NCBI GenBank assembly: GCA_963721125.1
Contig: CAVRHZ010000001.1
Coordinates: 803,422 to 867,421 of the forward strand
Direction of reading: 5' to 3'
From: an uncultured Acidobacteriaceae bacterium
Lineage (GTDB): Bacteria > Acidobacteriota > Terriglobia > Terriglobales > Acidobacteriaceae
DNA length: 64,000 nt
The notes beneath the pieces were generated by a model. It saw only the letters and a program-made list of their open reading frames with translations. It had not been told where the DNA came from and did no database searches. The position numbers and the translations under genes are program-made. Every line of letters starts with the position of its first letter. The first letter of the stretch is position 1. This document shows, one piece after another, positions 28,519 through 38,475 of the stretch.

Positions 28519-29496
28519 ATGGCGAAATATCTGATCACAGGAATCGCGGGCTTCATTGGCTCATCCCTGGCGCGAGCCCTGGTAGAGCGCGGGGAGCAAG
28601 TCCGCGGTGTCGACAACTATTTGACCGGGAAGGCCGCAAACCTTGCCGGCATCGAGGGACAGATCGAGTTCAGGGAGACGGACCTGCGCGATGCGGATGC
28701 CATGCGCGCCGCCTGTGAGGGAATCGACTACATCCTGCATATGGGAGCGCTGCCCTCCGTCCCTCTCTCGGTCAAGAATCCTGAGCCCAGCCATCGTTGC
28801 AATGTAGATGGAACCTTCCATGTGCTCGAGGGTGCGCGGGCTGCGGGCGTCAAGCGGATCATCTACGCCGCATCCTCCTCGGCATACGGGGACCAACCAG
28901 TCTTGCCCAGCAATGAAGCGATGCGCCCCATGCCCATTTCACCCTATGCAGTACAAAAACTTGCCGGCGAATACTACATGAACAGCTATTGGCAGGTGTA
29001 TGGGCTGGAGACTGTGAGTTTGCGCTACTTCAACGTCTTTGGGCCGCGCCAGGGAGCCGATTCGCCGTATAGCGGGGTGTTGGCAAAATTCATCCAGCAG
29101 ATGCTTGTGGGGACGCGCCCGACCATCTTCGGAAACGGCGAGCAGGGACGGGATTTCACCTATATCGAAAATATTGTTTCCGCCAACCTGCTGGCCTGCG
29201 CGGCGCCGGCAGAGAAGGTAGCGGGCAAGGTCTTCAATACGGCCTGCGGCGGCCAACACACATTGAAAGAGATATATCAGCTATTGGCAGAGTTGACCGG
29301 GTTTGACCGGCCGCCGCTGTACGCTCCGCCACGAACGGGAGACATCCTTCATTCGCAAGCCGACATTTCCGCCGCCACGGAGGCCTTCGGATATCGCCCC
29401 GTGATTGGAGTGAAAGAGGGTTTAGTGCGCACCGTGGAGTGGTATCGCGATACGCTGAAACTGCCGCTTGGCTCAACGCACAGTACCTACCGTTGA
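28519..29496 (+). CDS. NAD-dependent sugar-nucleotide 4-epimerase (TviC/WbpP-like SDR)
   Basis: MAKYLITGIAGFIGSSL Rossmann start, YAVQKLAGE (YxxxK), LRYFNVFGPRQ. Paired with the downstream dehydrogenase. Confidence 0.8.
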   Translation: MAKYLITGIAGFIGSSLARALVERGEQVRGVDNYLTGKAANLAGIEGQIEFRETDLRDADAMRAACEGIDYILHMGALPSVPLSVKNPEPSHRCNVDGTFHVLEGARAAGVKRIIYAASSSAYGDQPVLPSNEAMRPMPISPYAVQKLAGEYYMNSYWQVYGLETVSLRYFNVFGPRQGADSPYSGVLAKFIQQMLVGTRPTIFGNGEQGRDFTYIENIVSANLLACAAPAEKVAGKVFNTACGGQHTLKEIYQLLAELTGFDRPPLYAPPRTGDILHSQADISAATEAFGYRPVIGVKEGLVRTVEWYRDTLKLPLGSTHSTYR

Positions 29497-29510
29497 ATCC
29501 CGGGAGAAAC

Positions 29511-30851
29511 ATGTTGGTCGACCAGCAAAGTCTGACACAGTGGTTGTCGCTGGTTGAGAAGCGCGAGCTGCGCGTGGGAGTGATTGGCCTTGGCTATGTC
29601 GGGCTGCCTCTGGTTCTACTCTTCAGCCATGAGGGATTTCGCGTTACCGGCTTCGATATCGATGCAGCCAAGGTGGATCGCCTGAATGCAGGCGAGTCTT
29701 ACATCCATCGTATTGATCCCCACCAGATCAAGGGTGCCCAGGATAAGGGCTTTCGCGCGACTGCCAACTTCGCCGAGATCGGGGAAGTCGATGCAATTCT
29801 GATTTGCGTGCCCACGCCTCTCAGTGATCACCACACGCCGGACATGAGCTACATTACGGCGACCATGGATTCGATCGTTGACCATCTACGTCCCGGCCAA
29901 CTGGTAGTCCTCGAGAGCACCACTTATCCCGGCACCACAGAGGAGTTGATCGCACCGGCAATTGAGCGCGCGGGAAGGGTCCGGGTCATGCGCGAGGCGA
30001 TGCTCACCGATGGCGTCCTGGTGGCATATTCTCCTGAGCGTGAAGACCCCGGTAACACCAGCATTGACCGCCGCGACATTCCCAAAGTAGTCGGCGGGCT
30101 AGGGAACTTGGCAGCGGAGGCTGCGGCCGCCCTGTATAGCGCAGCGTTCCACCGCGTAATTCGCGTCTCCACGCCGGCCGCGGCGGAGATGACCAAGCTG
30201 CTCGAGAACATCTATCGCTGCGTCAACATCGCGCTGGTGAACGAACTGAAACTGCTCTGCCTGCGCATGGGCATCGACATCTGGGAAGTGATCGCGGCGG
30301 CCGCGACCAAACCTTTCGGCTTCCAACCCTTCTATCCCGGCCCGGGACTGGGCGGCCATTGCATCCCCATCGATCCCTTTTATCTGAGCTGGAAGGCAAA
30401 GGAATTCGACTTTAGCACGCGCTTTATTGAGCTCGCCGGTGAGGTGAACGAAGCCATGCCTTATCACGTGGTGGCTGCGGTCTCTTCCGCGCTCAATCAG
30501 CGCAGCAAGCCCCTCAAGGGATCGCACATCCTGGTGCTGGGTTTGGCTTACAAGCGAGATGTGGATGATCTGCGCGAATCTCCTTCGTTGTCGATCATCG
30601 AGATGCTGCAGCAGGAGGGCTCCACCGTCAGCTATAACGATCCTTTCTTCCCCACGGTGGGACGGGGACGAAAATACAATCTGAACATGCAGTCGCAGCC
30701 GCTTGAGAACCTTAGCGGTTACGATTGTGTGCTGATTGTCACCGATCATACTTCCTACGATTACGCCCGGATCGTCAAAGAAGCGCAGCTGGTGGTGGAC
30801 TCGCGCAACGCCACCCGCGGCCTGCAGTCGGAAAAGATTGTGAGATGTTAG
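29511..30851 (+). CDS. Nucleotide-sugar 6-dehydrogenase (UDP-GlcNAc/ManNAc dehydrogenase, TviB/WbpO-like)
   Basis: GVIGLGYVGLPL, ...GPGLGGHCIPIDPFYL (catalytic Cys). GGGAGA precedes ATG 29511. Confidence 0.85.
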   Translation: MLVDQQSLTQWLSLVEKRELRVGVIGLGYVGLPLVLLFSHEGFRVTGFDIDAAKVDRLNAGESYIHRIDPHQIKGAQDKGFRATANFAEIGEVDAILICVPTPLSDHHTPDMSYITATMDSIVDHLRPGQLVVLESTTYPGTTEELIAPAIERAGRVRVMREAMLTDGVLVAYSPEREDPGNTSIDRRDIPKVVGGLGNLAAEAAAALYSAAFHRVIRVSTPAAAEMTKLLENIYRCVNIALVNELKLLCLRMGIDIWEVIAAAATKPFGFQPFYPGPGLGGHCIPIDPFYLSWKAKEFDFSTRFIELAGEVNEAMPYHVVAAVSSALNQRSKPLKGSHILVLGLAYKRDVDDLRESPSLSIIEMLQQEGSTVSYNDPFFPTVGRGRKYNLNMQSQPLENLSGYDCVLIVTDHTSYDYARIVKEAQLVVDSRNATRGLQSEKIVRC

Positions 30852-31843
30852 AGCAGGCAGCCAGGCCGGAACCGATGACCCGAACGCGGCGGTCATCAGG
30901 TATGGTGTGGACACTCTCACTCTTCGTCGTTTTCTGGGTGAGCTTTTTTATTTTGTACCGGCGCTTTCCCTATTTGAAGAATGGCGCGGACGTGGTCTTC
31001 ACCGCCAAATTGAACTGGGAGGGCGGGGGATCGATTTTCCCCGCTGACCCCCAGGTGCTCCGCCTGGCTATTTTCGGCAACAGCAAAATTCTTGCCGGGT
31101 TTGTGCCCTCCCTGTTCGATCAAATGGCTGCGGCGGATCGCCTGAAGGTTTCTTCTTTTAATTCCGGCTTTCCCGGCAGTGACCTGCTCATACCGCCGCT
31201 CCGGGCGATGTGTGAGCGCGGGCAGGCCCCCAACATTCTTCTGCTCACCCTCCCCTGGAGAGCGGACCCACCCCGGCGAAGCTTCTTTCGCTTCGTGACG
31301 GATGACCACGCCGTGATCCAGGCGTTGTTTCCCTTCCGCAGCATGGCCAGAGATGTGAGCAGCTTTCTGCTGAATGCTCCGCGCAATGGCGGCCCCGTGG
31401 CCTATTACAAAGAAGCCGAAAAGGACGCGACGGGGGTCATCGCCAGCCGGGGATACTACTTGATTTCCGAGCAGGACCGCTTTCCAGGAGGCCGGCTTCC
31501 CGACGATTTCCATCTCCCGACGGATGAGCCAAACACCGTAGTTTCCCGTACTCCGGGTCCACCTGGTTCGGCGCTTACCGAACTAAATCAGCTGATAGGC
31601 CGCTATCATATCCGCTGTTACTATGTGCCGTTTTACCTGCGTATTGGAGAAGCAGCCGCCCCGCCCGATTATGACCAGCATTTCGCTACCCCGCTGGAAC
31701 GGCTCACTCCCTGCCAAGTCCTGGGTCCCGTCTATTACTTGTATCCAAACAGGCTCTTTTCTGATCAAACCCATCTCAACCGCGCCGGCGCCGAAGTCTA
31801 CACGACAGCCCTGTTTCACCTGCTTGAAAACAAACTGAAGTAG
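30845..31843 (+). CDS. Membrane-anchored hypothetical protein, possibly SGNH/DUF1574-like (glycan O-acyl modification)
   Basis: 332 aa. N-terminal TM (VWTLSLFVVFWVSFFILY), LAIFGNSKI (GDS-like block) and C-terminal DQTHLN (DxxH-like). Start overlaps the upstream stop. Family call is tentative. Confidence 0.4.
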   Translation: MLEQAARPEPMTRTRRSSGMVWTLSLFVVFWVSFFILYRRFPYLKNGADVVFTAKLNWEGGGSIFPADPQVLRLAIFGNSKILAGFVPSLFDQMAAADRLKVSSFNSGFPGSDLLIPPLRAMCERGQAPNILLLTLPWRADPPRRSFFRFVTDDHAVIQALFPFRSMARDVSSFLLNAPRNGGPVAYYKEAEKDATGVIASRGYYLISEQDRFPGGRLPDDFHLPTDEPNTVVSRTPGPPGSALTELNQLIGRYHIRCYYVPFYLRIGEAAAPPDYDQHFATPLERLTPCQVLGPVYYLYPNRLFSDQTHLNRAGAEVYTTALFHLLENKLK

Positions 31844-32124
31844 CCCGCGTTGCCCATCGTTTTGAGCATTTCCCCGTCTGGACTCGTGCGTCGAATGGGT
31901 AGGGGTTGTCGTTTGCCGAAAGTTATCCCCGGATCGCTCCTTGGTTGCTCCCCAGAGGCCCCGGGCGGTAAAAGAGTTTGCACATCCCCCCCGAGGCCCT
32001 AAACTAAACTAAGAATTGGACAAGTTCGTCCCCGGGGTTGGATGGGGACTGGGTCGATGTAAAGGAGTCAAACCTGGCAGGGGTCACCGGCTGTGCGCCG
32101 GCAGACTTTCTGCTTCCAGAAATT

Positions 32125-34902
32125 ATGGGTAAGCGTTCAGGTCTTTTCTTGGCAATCCTGCTCAGTTTGAGCATGGCGCAGGTCAAAATGCCAGTTGCTG
32201 CTGCGCAGTCCACCAACTCCGACGCGTTGGACTGCCCTTCCGGTGTTATTTCCTCGGTCGATGGAAGTTGCGTGGGTGAGGAGGAGACTCCAGGAACTAC
32301 GGGCCAGCAGGCCAATCCATCGGGTGCCTATGGAGGCGCAGGTGTTTCCACCAGTCCACTGTTAAGTCAATATCCGGGACTGCAAACCCAGGGCATGAAT
32401 ACCCGGATTCCGGAATTCCGCGATCTCGGTGGGTTGAATAGTTCCCCCGCCCAACTGGAGGCGCTGCAAGAGGCCCAGTCGCTGGCGTATCAGAGCGTTC
32501 CCCCTCCGACAGACTTCCAACTAATGGTTCGTGCCTCCCTGGGCCGTCTGCTTCCTGTTTATGGCGACTCCCTCTTCCGCCGGCAAGTGCCTTCGACCTT
32601 TGCTCCTATCCGCAACGCGAATGTAACCCCCGACTACGTCCTCGGACCGGGCGATCAACTTATCATTCGCATTTGGGGCCAGGTCGATTTCAACGCGCAA
32701 GTCACCGTCGACCGCTCAGGTGCGATTTATCTCCCTCAGGTAGGCGAGATCCACGTGGCCGGCCTGCCTTATTCACAAGTTCAGGAACATATCCGCGACG
32801 CCGTCAGCCATATCTACAAAAGCTTCAATCTCGAGGTGGAGATGGGGCAGTTGCGGTCGGTCCAGGTGTTTGTTGTGGGCCAGGCCCGCCGCCCCGGTAC
32901 CTACACCCTCGGTGCGCTCAGCACCCTGGTGACCGCGTTGTTTGCCACCGGCGGCCCCTCCGTCCAGGGCTCTCTGCGTGACATTCAGCTACGACGGAAC
33001 GGCCAAACCATCACCCACTTTGACTTGTACGACCTTTTGATATTCGGCGACATGTCCAAGGATGCTCCCCTGCTTCCGGGCGATGTGATTTACATCCCTC
33101 CCGTTGGACCGCAAGTAGCGATAGCCGGCGAGGTCCACGTTCCCGCCATCTACGAACTCAAAGGTTCCACTTCCGTGGAGCAGGCTCTGCAGTTCGCGGG
33201 CGGCTTATCGTCCACTGCGTCTCTGTTGCGAGCGTCGCTGGAAAGGCTGGATGCCCATACCAGCCGCACCGTCATCGATGTGACGCTCCAGGGCGCCGGG
33301 TTGGCGACTACCCTCCAGGGCGCCGACCTTCTCCGCGTGTTGCCCATCTCTCCGCAGTTCCAAAACACGGTATTGCTGCGCGGTAATGTCGCGGAACCGG
33401 GACGGTTCGCCTGGCATCCGGGCATGAAGCTGAGCGACATCATTCCCGACGCCCAGTCACTCATCGTGCGCGATTATTGGCAGCGCAGGAACCGCCTGGG
33501 GATTCCGGGTCCTGAGTTCAAGCCGGAATACGCCAGCAACCCCGACTATTTCCCCAGGAATTCCGGTGGCTATCAGACAGGAGTTCCTCAGTTCGACAGT
33601 CGCGGAGTTCCCATCTTCAACACCCCCGGCGGACTCAATCCCAATCAGAATCCACAGAATAACGGCCAGAACAATCAGAACCCGAGTCAGAACTCCGGTC
33701 AGAACTCCGGTCAGAACCAGAATCAAACCTACAACCCGAACTGTGTACCTTCCAGCAACACCAACCCGACCCAGAATCTGGGGATATTCGGCGCTGCCAG
33801 CGGGTTGTCCAACCCCCAGAATAATCAGCAACCCTGCTACTCCAACAACGGCGACAACACCAATACAGACAATGGCACCGGTACTCGGTCGCTGGCCGAT
33901 GAAGAACAGGCATCCACCATCAATTCACCGCGTCCTCCCTTGACCGTCGCGCTCCCGGTTCCCGAGATCGATTGGTCCTATGCCGTCATCGAGCGCATGA
34001 ACCCCCAGACACTCACTACGTCTCTGGTGCCATTCAATCCTGGCCAACTGGTGATGGGGCACGATCCGGCGCAGGATTTGCCTTTGCAGCCGGGAGACGT
34101 GGTCACCCTTTTCTCCCAGGCGGATATCAAGGTTCCGCAGGCGGAGAGGACCAAGTTCGTTCGCCTGGAGGGCGAATTTCAGCATTCTGGTATCTACAGC
34201 GTGCTGCCGGGTGAGACGTTGCCCCAACTCGTGGCCCGAGCGGGAGGTTTCACGCCCCAGGCCTACCTTTTTGGCTCAGATTTTACCCGGGAGTCGACGC
34301 GCGTCCTGCAACAGCTGCGACTGAATGACTACCTGCAAAATCTGGAATTGGAGATCGACCGGGCAACGATCGCCTCTGCCGCCAGCGTTGGCGCCGTGGA
34401 CCCCGCGGCCACCGCCGCCTCCAGAAGCCTGGTAGCCAGGTTCCGGACCATACGCGCCACTGGCCGCGTGGTGCTCGATATACCGCAGAATGCAACCGGA
34501 ATTGCGAGTTTGCCAAATATACAATTGGAAGATGGCGATCGCTTCGTGGTTCCTTCCAAGCCCAGCACAGTGAATGTTGTAGGTGCGGTATACGACCAGA
34601 ATTCATTCCTGTTCAAGAACACCCAACCGGTGGCGGCTTACCTCCGGTTGGCCGGGGGACCGACAAAAAGTGCCGATGGGGACGATTCTTTCATTATCCG
34701 GGCCGATGGCTCGGTGGTGAGCCGCCATTCGCAGAGCGGGGTGTTCGGCAATACCTTTGCGTCGATGCGGCTCAATGCGGGGGATACTGTGGTGGTTCCT
34801 GAAAAAGTACCCCGGCCTTCCGGTCTGAGGAACTTCATCAATTACACCCAGATCTTCTCCCAGCTTGCGCTCGGCGCAGCAGCGATCGCTGTGCTGCAGT
34901 AA
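32125..34902 (+). CDS. wza: Outer-membrane polysaccharide export protein (Wza/OPX family), unusually long, with a Q/N-rich insert
   Basis: Signal peptide MGKRSGLFLAILLSLSMAQVKMPVAAAQS. Poly_export-like YVLGPGDQLIIRIWG...GEIHVAGL. Several SLBB-like PGD/GDxV modules. Hydrophobic C-terminal helix QLALGAAAIAVLQ. Confidence 0.8.
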   Translation: MGKRSGLFLAILLSLSMAQVKMPVAAAQSTNSDALDCPSGVISSVDGSCVGEEETPGTTGQQANPSGAYGGAGVSTSPLLSQYPGLQTQGMNTRIPEFRDLGGLNSSPAQLEALQEAQSLAYQSVPPPTDFQLMVRASLGRLLPVYGDSLFRRQVPSTFAPIRNANVTPDYVLGPGDQLIIRIWGQVDFNAQVTVDRSGAIYLPQVGEIHVAGLPYSQVQEHIRDAVSHIYKSFNLEVEMGQLRSVQVFVVGQARRPGTYTLGALSTLVTALFATGGPSVQGSLRDIQLRRNGQTITHFDLYDLLIFGDMSKDAPLLPGDVIYIPPVGPQVAIAGEVHVPAIYELKGSTSVEQALQFAGGLSSTASLLRASLERLDAHTSRTVIDVTLQGAGLATTLQGADLLRVLPISPQFQNTVLLRGNVAEPGRFAWHPGMKLSDIIPDAQSLIVRDYWQRRNRLGIPGPEFKPEYASNPDYFPRNSGGYQTGVPQFDSRGVPIFNTPGGLNPNQNPQNNGQNNQNPSQNSGQNSGQNQNQTYNPNCVPSSNTNPTQNLGIFGAASGLSNPQNNQQPCYSNNGDNTNTDNGTGTRSLADEEQASTINSPRPPLTVALPVPEIDWSYAVIERMNPQTLTTSLVPFNPGQLVMGHDPAQDLPLQPGDVVTLFSQADIKVPQAERTKFVRLEGEFQHSGIYSVLPGETLPQLVARAGGFTPQAYLFGSDFTRESTRVLQQLRLNDYLQNLELEIDRATIASAASVGAVDPAATAASRSLVARFRTIRATGRVVLDIPQNATGIASLPNIQLEDGDRFVVPSKPSTVNVVGAVYDQNSFLFKNTQPVAAYLRLAGGPTKSADGDDSFIIRADGSVVSRHSQSGVFGNTFASMRLNAGDTVVVPEKVPRPSGLRNFINYTQIFSQLALGAAAIAVLQ

Positions 34903-34915
34903 TGGAGTCGGCTGT

Positions 34916-36148
34916 ATGTCTACGGTGAGTGAAGTTAGTCATGAAATCCCGATAGATAAGGGCAGTCCCCCGCCTCGGGAATTTGACATTCTCGATGTAT
35001 TGACCATCCTCGCCGCTCGCAAAGGCACGATTTTCCTGGCGACCGTAGCTGGGTTTGCGATCGCCATTGGGCTCGTGTTCCTGGTCAGACCCTCCTTCAC
35101 GGCCAAGGCGTCCATCCTGCCTCCCACTCAGGACCAGTCGAGCGGTAATGTCTTGATGGGGCAATTCGGAGCCCTGGCATCCATGACCGGGCTGGGCGGT
35201 TCGCTCGGAATCAAGAATCCCGTCGATCTGTACATCGGTATTCTTCAAAGTCAAACCGTGACCGACGCCATGATCAAGCGCTTCCATCTGATGGAGTTCT
35301 ACCACGCGAAAAAGTGGACCGATGTGCGCACTGCTGTGCGAGGCGCTTCCAGTTTCGTCGCCAATAAAGACGGCATGATCGACATCTCAGTGACCGACCA
35401 CGATCCTCGGAAAGCCGCCGATATGGCAAACGCCTATATCGACGAACTGTACAAATTCAACAACCGCCTGGCGATTGGCGGAGCGTCTCAGCGAAGACTT
35501 TTTTTCGAGCAACAGCTGCAGGAAGAAAAAGACAGGCTGGCCGACGCTGAGGTCGCCTTGAAAAAAACCGAGGAATTGACGGGGGTCATCGCGCCTTCGG
35601 GACAAACGGAAACAGTCATCCGGCAGGTGGCGCAGCTGCAGGCGGATATCACTTCGCGTGAGGTCCAACTGGAAGCCCTGCGAACCTCTTCTACCGAGCA
35701 AAACCCCGATGTCATCCGCCTCAATACAGAACTCGCTAGCCTGCGCGGACAATTACGGGATCTGGAAAGCGGAACGACGAAACATGCGCCCGGGGATATT
35801 TCCATCACCGCTGCAAATGTGCCCCAGGTCGGACTCGAATACATCCGCAAGGAGCGTGACGTAAAGTATCACCAACTCCTCTTTGACCTGCTCGCCCGCC
35901 AATACGAGGCCGCCCGGATGGATGAGGCCAAGGCTGCTCCAGTGATTCAGGTAGTGGATCCGGCGCTGGTGCCGGACAAGAAATCGGCCCCATACCGGGC
36001 TTTGTGGGCAATTACCGGCGGCGCCCTCGGATTCTTTCTTACCACCGGCTGGGTGCTGGGCAGCTTTGTCTATCGCCGGCTGGCAGCGGATGAGGAACAA
36101 GGCCGAAGACTGGCTTTGCTGAGGCAGGAATTGAAGTTGCGTGGCTAG
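34916..36148 (+). CDS. Polysaccharide co-polymerase / chain-length determinant (Wzz/GumC-like) without a kinase domain
   Basis: 410 aa. N-terminal TM after FDILDVLTILAARKG, a long coiled-coil periplasmic region, C-terminal TM (ALWAITGGALGFFLTTGWVLGSFVY). No Walker A domain. Confidence 0.75.
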   Translation: MSTVSEVSHEIPIDKGSPPPREFDILDVLTILAARKGTIFLATVAGFAIAIGLVFLVRPSFTAKASILPPTQDQSSGNVLMGQFGALASMTGLGGSLGIKNPVDLYIGILQSQTVTDAMIKRFHLMEFYHAKKWTDVRTAVRGASSFVANKDGMIDISVTDHDPRKAADMANAYIDELYKFNNRLAIGGASQRRLFFEQQLQEEKDRLADAEVALKKTEELTGVIAPSGQTETVIRQVAQLQADITSREVQLEALRTSSTEQNPDVIRLNTELASLRGQLRDLESGTTKHAPGDISITAANVPQVGLEYIRKERDVKYHQLLFDLLARQYEAARMDEAKAAPVIQVVDPALVPDKKSAPYRALWAITGGALGFFLTTGWVLGSFVYRRLAADEEQGRRLALLRQELKLRG

Positions 36149-36201
36149 CGTGCGAAGCCCCAGCGAGCGCAGGAGAACCGCCTCCGGGCAGAGAAGGCAC
36201 A

Positions 36202-37143
36202 ATGCAGATTGTGACCGTGGTTGTACTGTACAAGCGAGCGCCTGACCAGAGCCAGACCATCAACGGTCTGGCAGCGGCATTTGAACGAAATCCGGAGCTT
36301 CTGGATTCGTTTGTAGTGTTCGTTTGGGATAATAGCCCGACCCCGATCGCCGATCCAAAGTTTCCCTTCCCCTGTGTTTACCGGCATGGCGGCCGCAACC
36401 TGGGAACCTCTGGCGCTTACAACCGTGCGCTGGAGTTCGCGGAGTCGGCGGGAGCGGCCTGGTTGCTGCTCTTTGACCAGGATACGACCGTCTCGGAGGA
36501 ATTTCTTCCCAGCATGCTGGCCTACAGCAAGCGTTTCCAGAACAACCTGGAAATCGCTACCGTTGTGCCTTTTGTCCGCTCTCACGGTACGCTTGTCTCG
36601 CCCAGGTGGCTGGGCAGGTTCAACCGCGTCAAGCAAATTCCTTCCAATGTTGGCGGCGTCTACAAACGGAAAGCTTATGCGGTCAATAGCGCGACGTTAA
36701 TGCGCGTCGCGGCCTTGCGAGAAATTGGGGGCTATAGCGAGGATTTCTGGCTCGATCTTTCCGACGTCTACGCGTTCCAGGCGATGTTCAAAAAAGGCCG
36801 CTACATGTTTATTGCCCGAGAGCTGGAGCTGCAACACTCGATAGCCGCACTGGACTTCGACAAGCAAATGACACCTCAGCGATACCGCAACTTCCTTGCC
36901 GCTGAAAGCGCGTATGTAGATCTCTACTCGTCTCCGCTGGAGCAAACCTGCCATCTGCTTCGATTGTTGGCGCGTACCCTCAGGCAATACCAGCGATACG
37001 ATAACAAGGTGTTTTCCAGGATATGCTGGGAATACTTTTGCCGGCGGCTCTTCCACAACCGCAAGGAACGAATCCTGGGGTGGCGGAAGCAACTCGCGCA
37101 GCGCGACATCCCGATCATCGAAAATGGGCGGGTGATCGGGTGA
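36202..37143 (+). CDS. Glycosyltransferase family 2
   Basis: IVTVVVLYKR..., VWDNSP, LLLFDQDT. Paralogue of 57401..58333. Confidence 0.8.
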   Translation: MQIVTVVVLYKRAPDQSQTINGLAAAFERNPELLDSFVVFVWDNSPTPIADPKFPFPCVYRHGGRNLGTSGAYNRALEFAESAGAAWLLLFDQDTTVSEEFLPSMLAYSKRFQNNLEIATVVPFVRSHGTLVSPRWLGRFNRVKQIPSNVGGVYKRKAYAVNSATLMRVAALREIGGYSEDFWLDLSDVYAFQAMFKKGRYMFIARELELQHSIAALDFDKQMTPQRYRNFLAAESAYVDLYSSPLEQTCHLLRLLARTLRQYQRYDNKVFSRICWEYFCRRLFHNRKERILGWRKQLAQRDIPIIENGRVIG

Positions 37144-37174
37144 CCGGCGACCGTCGCTGCGAAAGCAGTTTTCG

Positions 37175-38443
37175 ATGAGCGTCGACGGCGTCATCGCATT
37201 ATTGGCAACGTTGGTTCTGGTTAACTACTGGATCAGCCGCTCGGTTCTCTATCCGCCGCTGCTGTTTTGCGGGATGTGGCTTCTTGATTTGTCGCTCTAC
37301 TGGCTCGATCTGACTCCGATCGACACCATCCACTCCAACACCCTCGGAATCATCGGTGTAGGCGCCGTCCTGTTCTCTATGGGCGGGGGGCTGGCGATGC
37401 TCGCCCCCAGAAATTTGTTGCAGGCGCGGATGATCATCACTCGATTTCCACCGCGGAACAAAATCGTCAAGCCCGCTGTGATGTTATTTCTCTTTTGTGG
37501 TCTTCCGCTGCTCCTGTCGAATCTGCTGGCCATGGCTGCTCTGGGAACTGGTAACACGATTTTCCAGCGAGCCCGCACCGGCGGCGCGGCGGCGGGACAA
37601 GTCTCAGGGGCAAGTCCGATCGGAACTTATTTCATCCTATGGGCTTTATACGCGGCTCCGTTGTTCCTGCTTGAGCGGCGCGACAGAAATTTCTGGATGA
37701 TGGCAGGCATAGCGTTCATCGCCAGCATTCTGAGCACCGGACGCCTGCCGCTTCTCATGCTGATTTCGTCGCTCACCTGCGTTCAGCTCATGATCACGCA
37801 CCGGCACACGTTCCTGGCCGCCTTCAAGTTCGCGCGCATCCCTATCTTCATCTTTCTTTGCCTGTATTTTGGCTTGATCTTCGTGACCAAGGACACGAGT
37901 GTATTCAACGCTGGGATAGGAGAAATACTGCTCATGTTCCTGGTGGGCTACATCGTTGGCCCAACAGCCGCTCTTGACTACATTTTGCAGCACCGTCCGG
38001 ACTACGCCGTTGGCTCAAATCACACTTTCAAGTTCTTCCTGAGTATCTTTTCGCACTTGGGCTTGGTCGCCTACCAGCCACCACCTCAAGACAACTTTAT
38101 TTTTGTCCCTTTTCCGACGAATGTGCTCACCGTCTACCGCTATTACATCTACGATTTTGGCTTGTACGGGGCTCTGACGGTGATGGCAGTGATCGGTTCG
38201 CTGCAAACATTGGTCTATCGCAAAGCCCGTTCCGGCAGCAAGCTGGCGATATATTTCTTTGCCATCACCTTGTTTGAGACTCTCATGGTGATTTTCAGCG
38301 ACGAGTATGCGTCCTTTGGCGCTTACATTGACTCGCTGGCATTCGCCGTCATCTACATTGTCTTACGATCTCTCCCCATACGTATTCTCCCTAGACTCAC
38401 CTCGGGGTATGGCATCCGTGGCGAGAGCGATCTTACGGTGTAG
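37175..38443 (+). CDS. wzy: Oligosaccharide repeat-unit polymerase (Wzy-like)
   Basis: 422-aa polytopic protein with no soluble domain, lower GC, located in the glycan locus. Confidence 0.65.
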   Translation: MSVDGVIALLATLVLVNYWISRSVLYPPLLFCGMWLLDLSLYWLDLTPIDTIHSNTLGIIGVGAVLFSMGGGLAMLAPRNLLQARMIITRFPPRNKIVKPAVMLFLFCGLPLLLSNLLAMAALGTGNTIFQRARTGGAAAGQVSGASPIGTYFILWALYAAPLFLLERRDRNFWMMAGIAFIASILSTGRLPLLMLISSLTCVQLMITHRHTFLAAFKFARIPIFIFLCLYFGLIFVTKDTSVFNAGIGEILLMFLVGYIVGPTAALDYILQHRPDYAVGSNHTFKFFLSIFSHLGLVAYQPPPQDNFIFVPFPTNVLTVYRYYIYDFGLYGALTVMAVIGSLQTLVYRKARSGSKLAIYFFAITLFETLMVIFSDEYASFGAYIDSLAFAVIYIVLRSLPIRILPRLTSGYGIRGESDLTV

Positions 38444-38475
38444 CCAGCGAGTAGGGGCGGCTCAATAGTGAGAAT

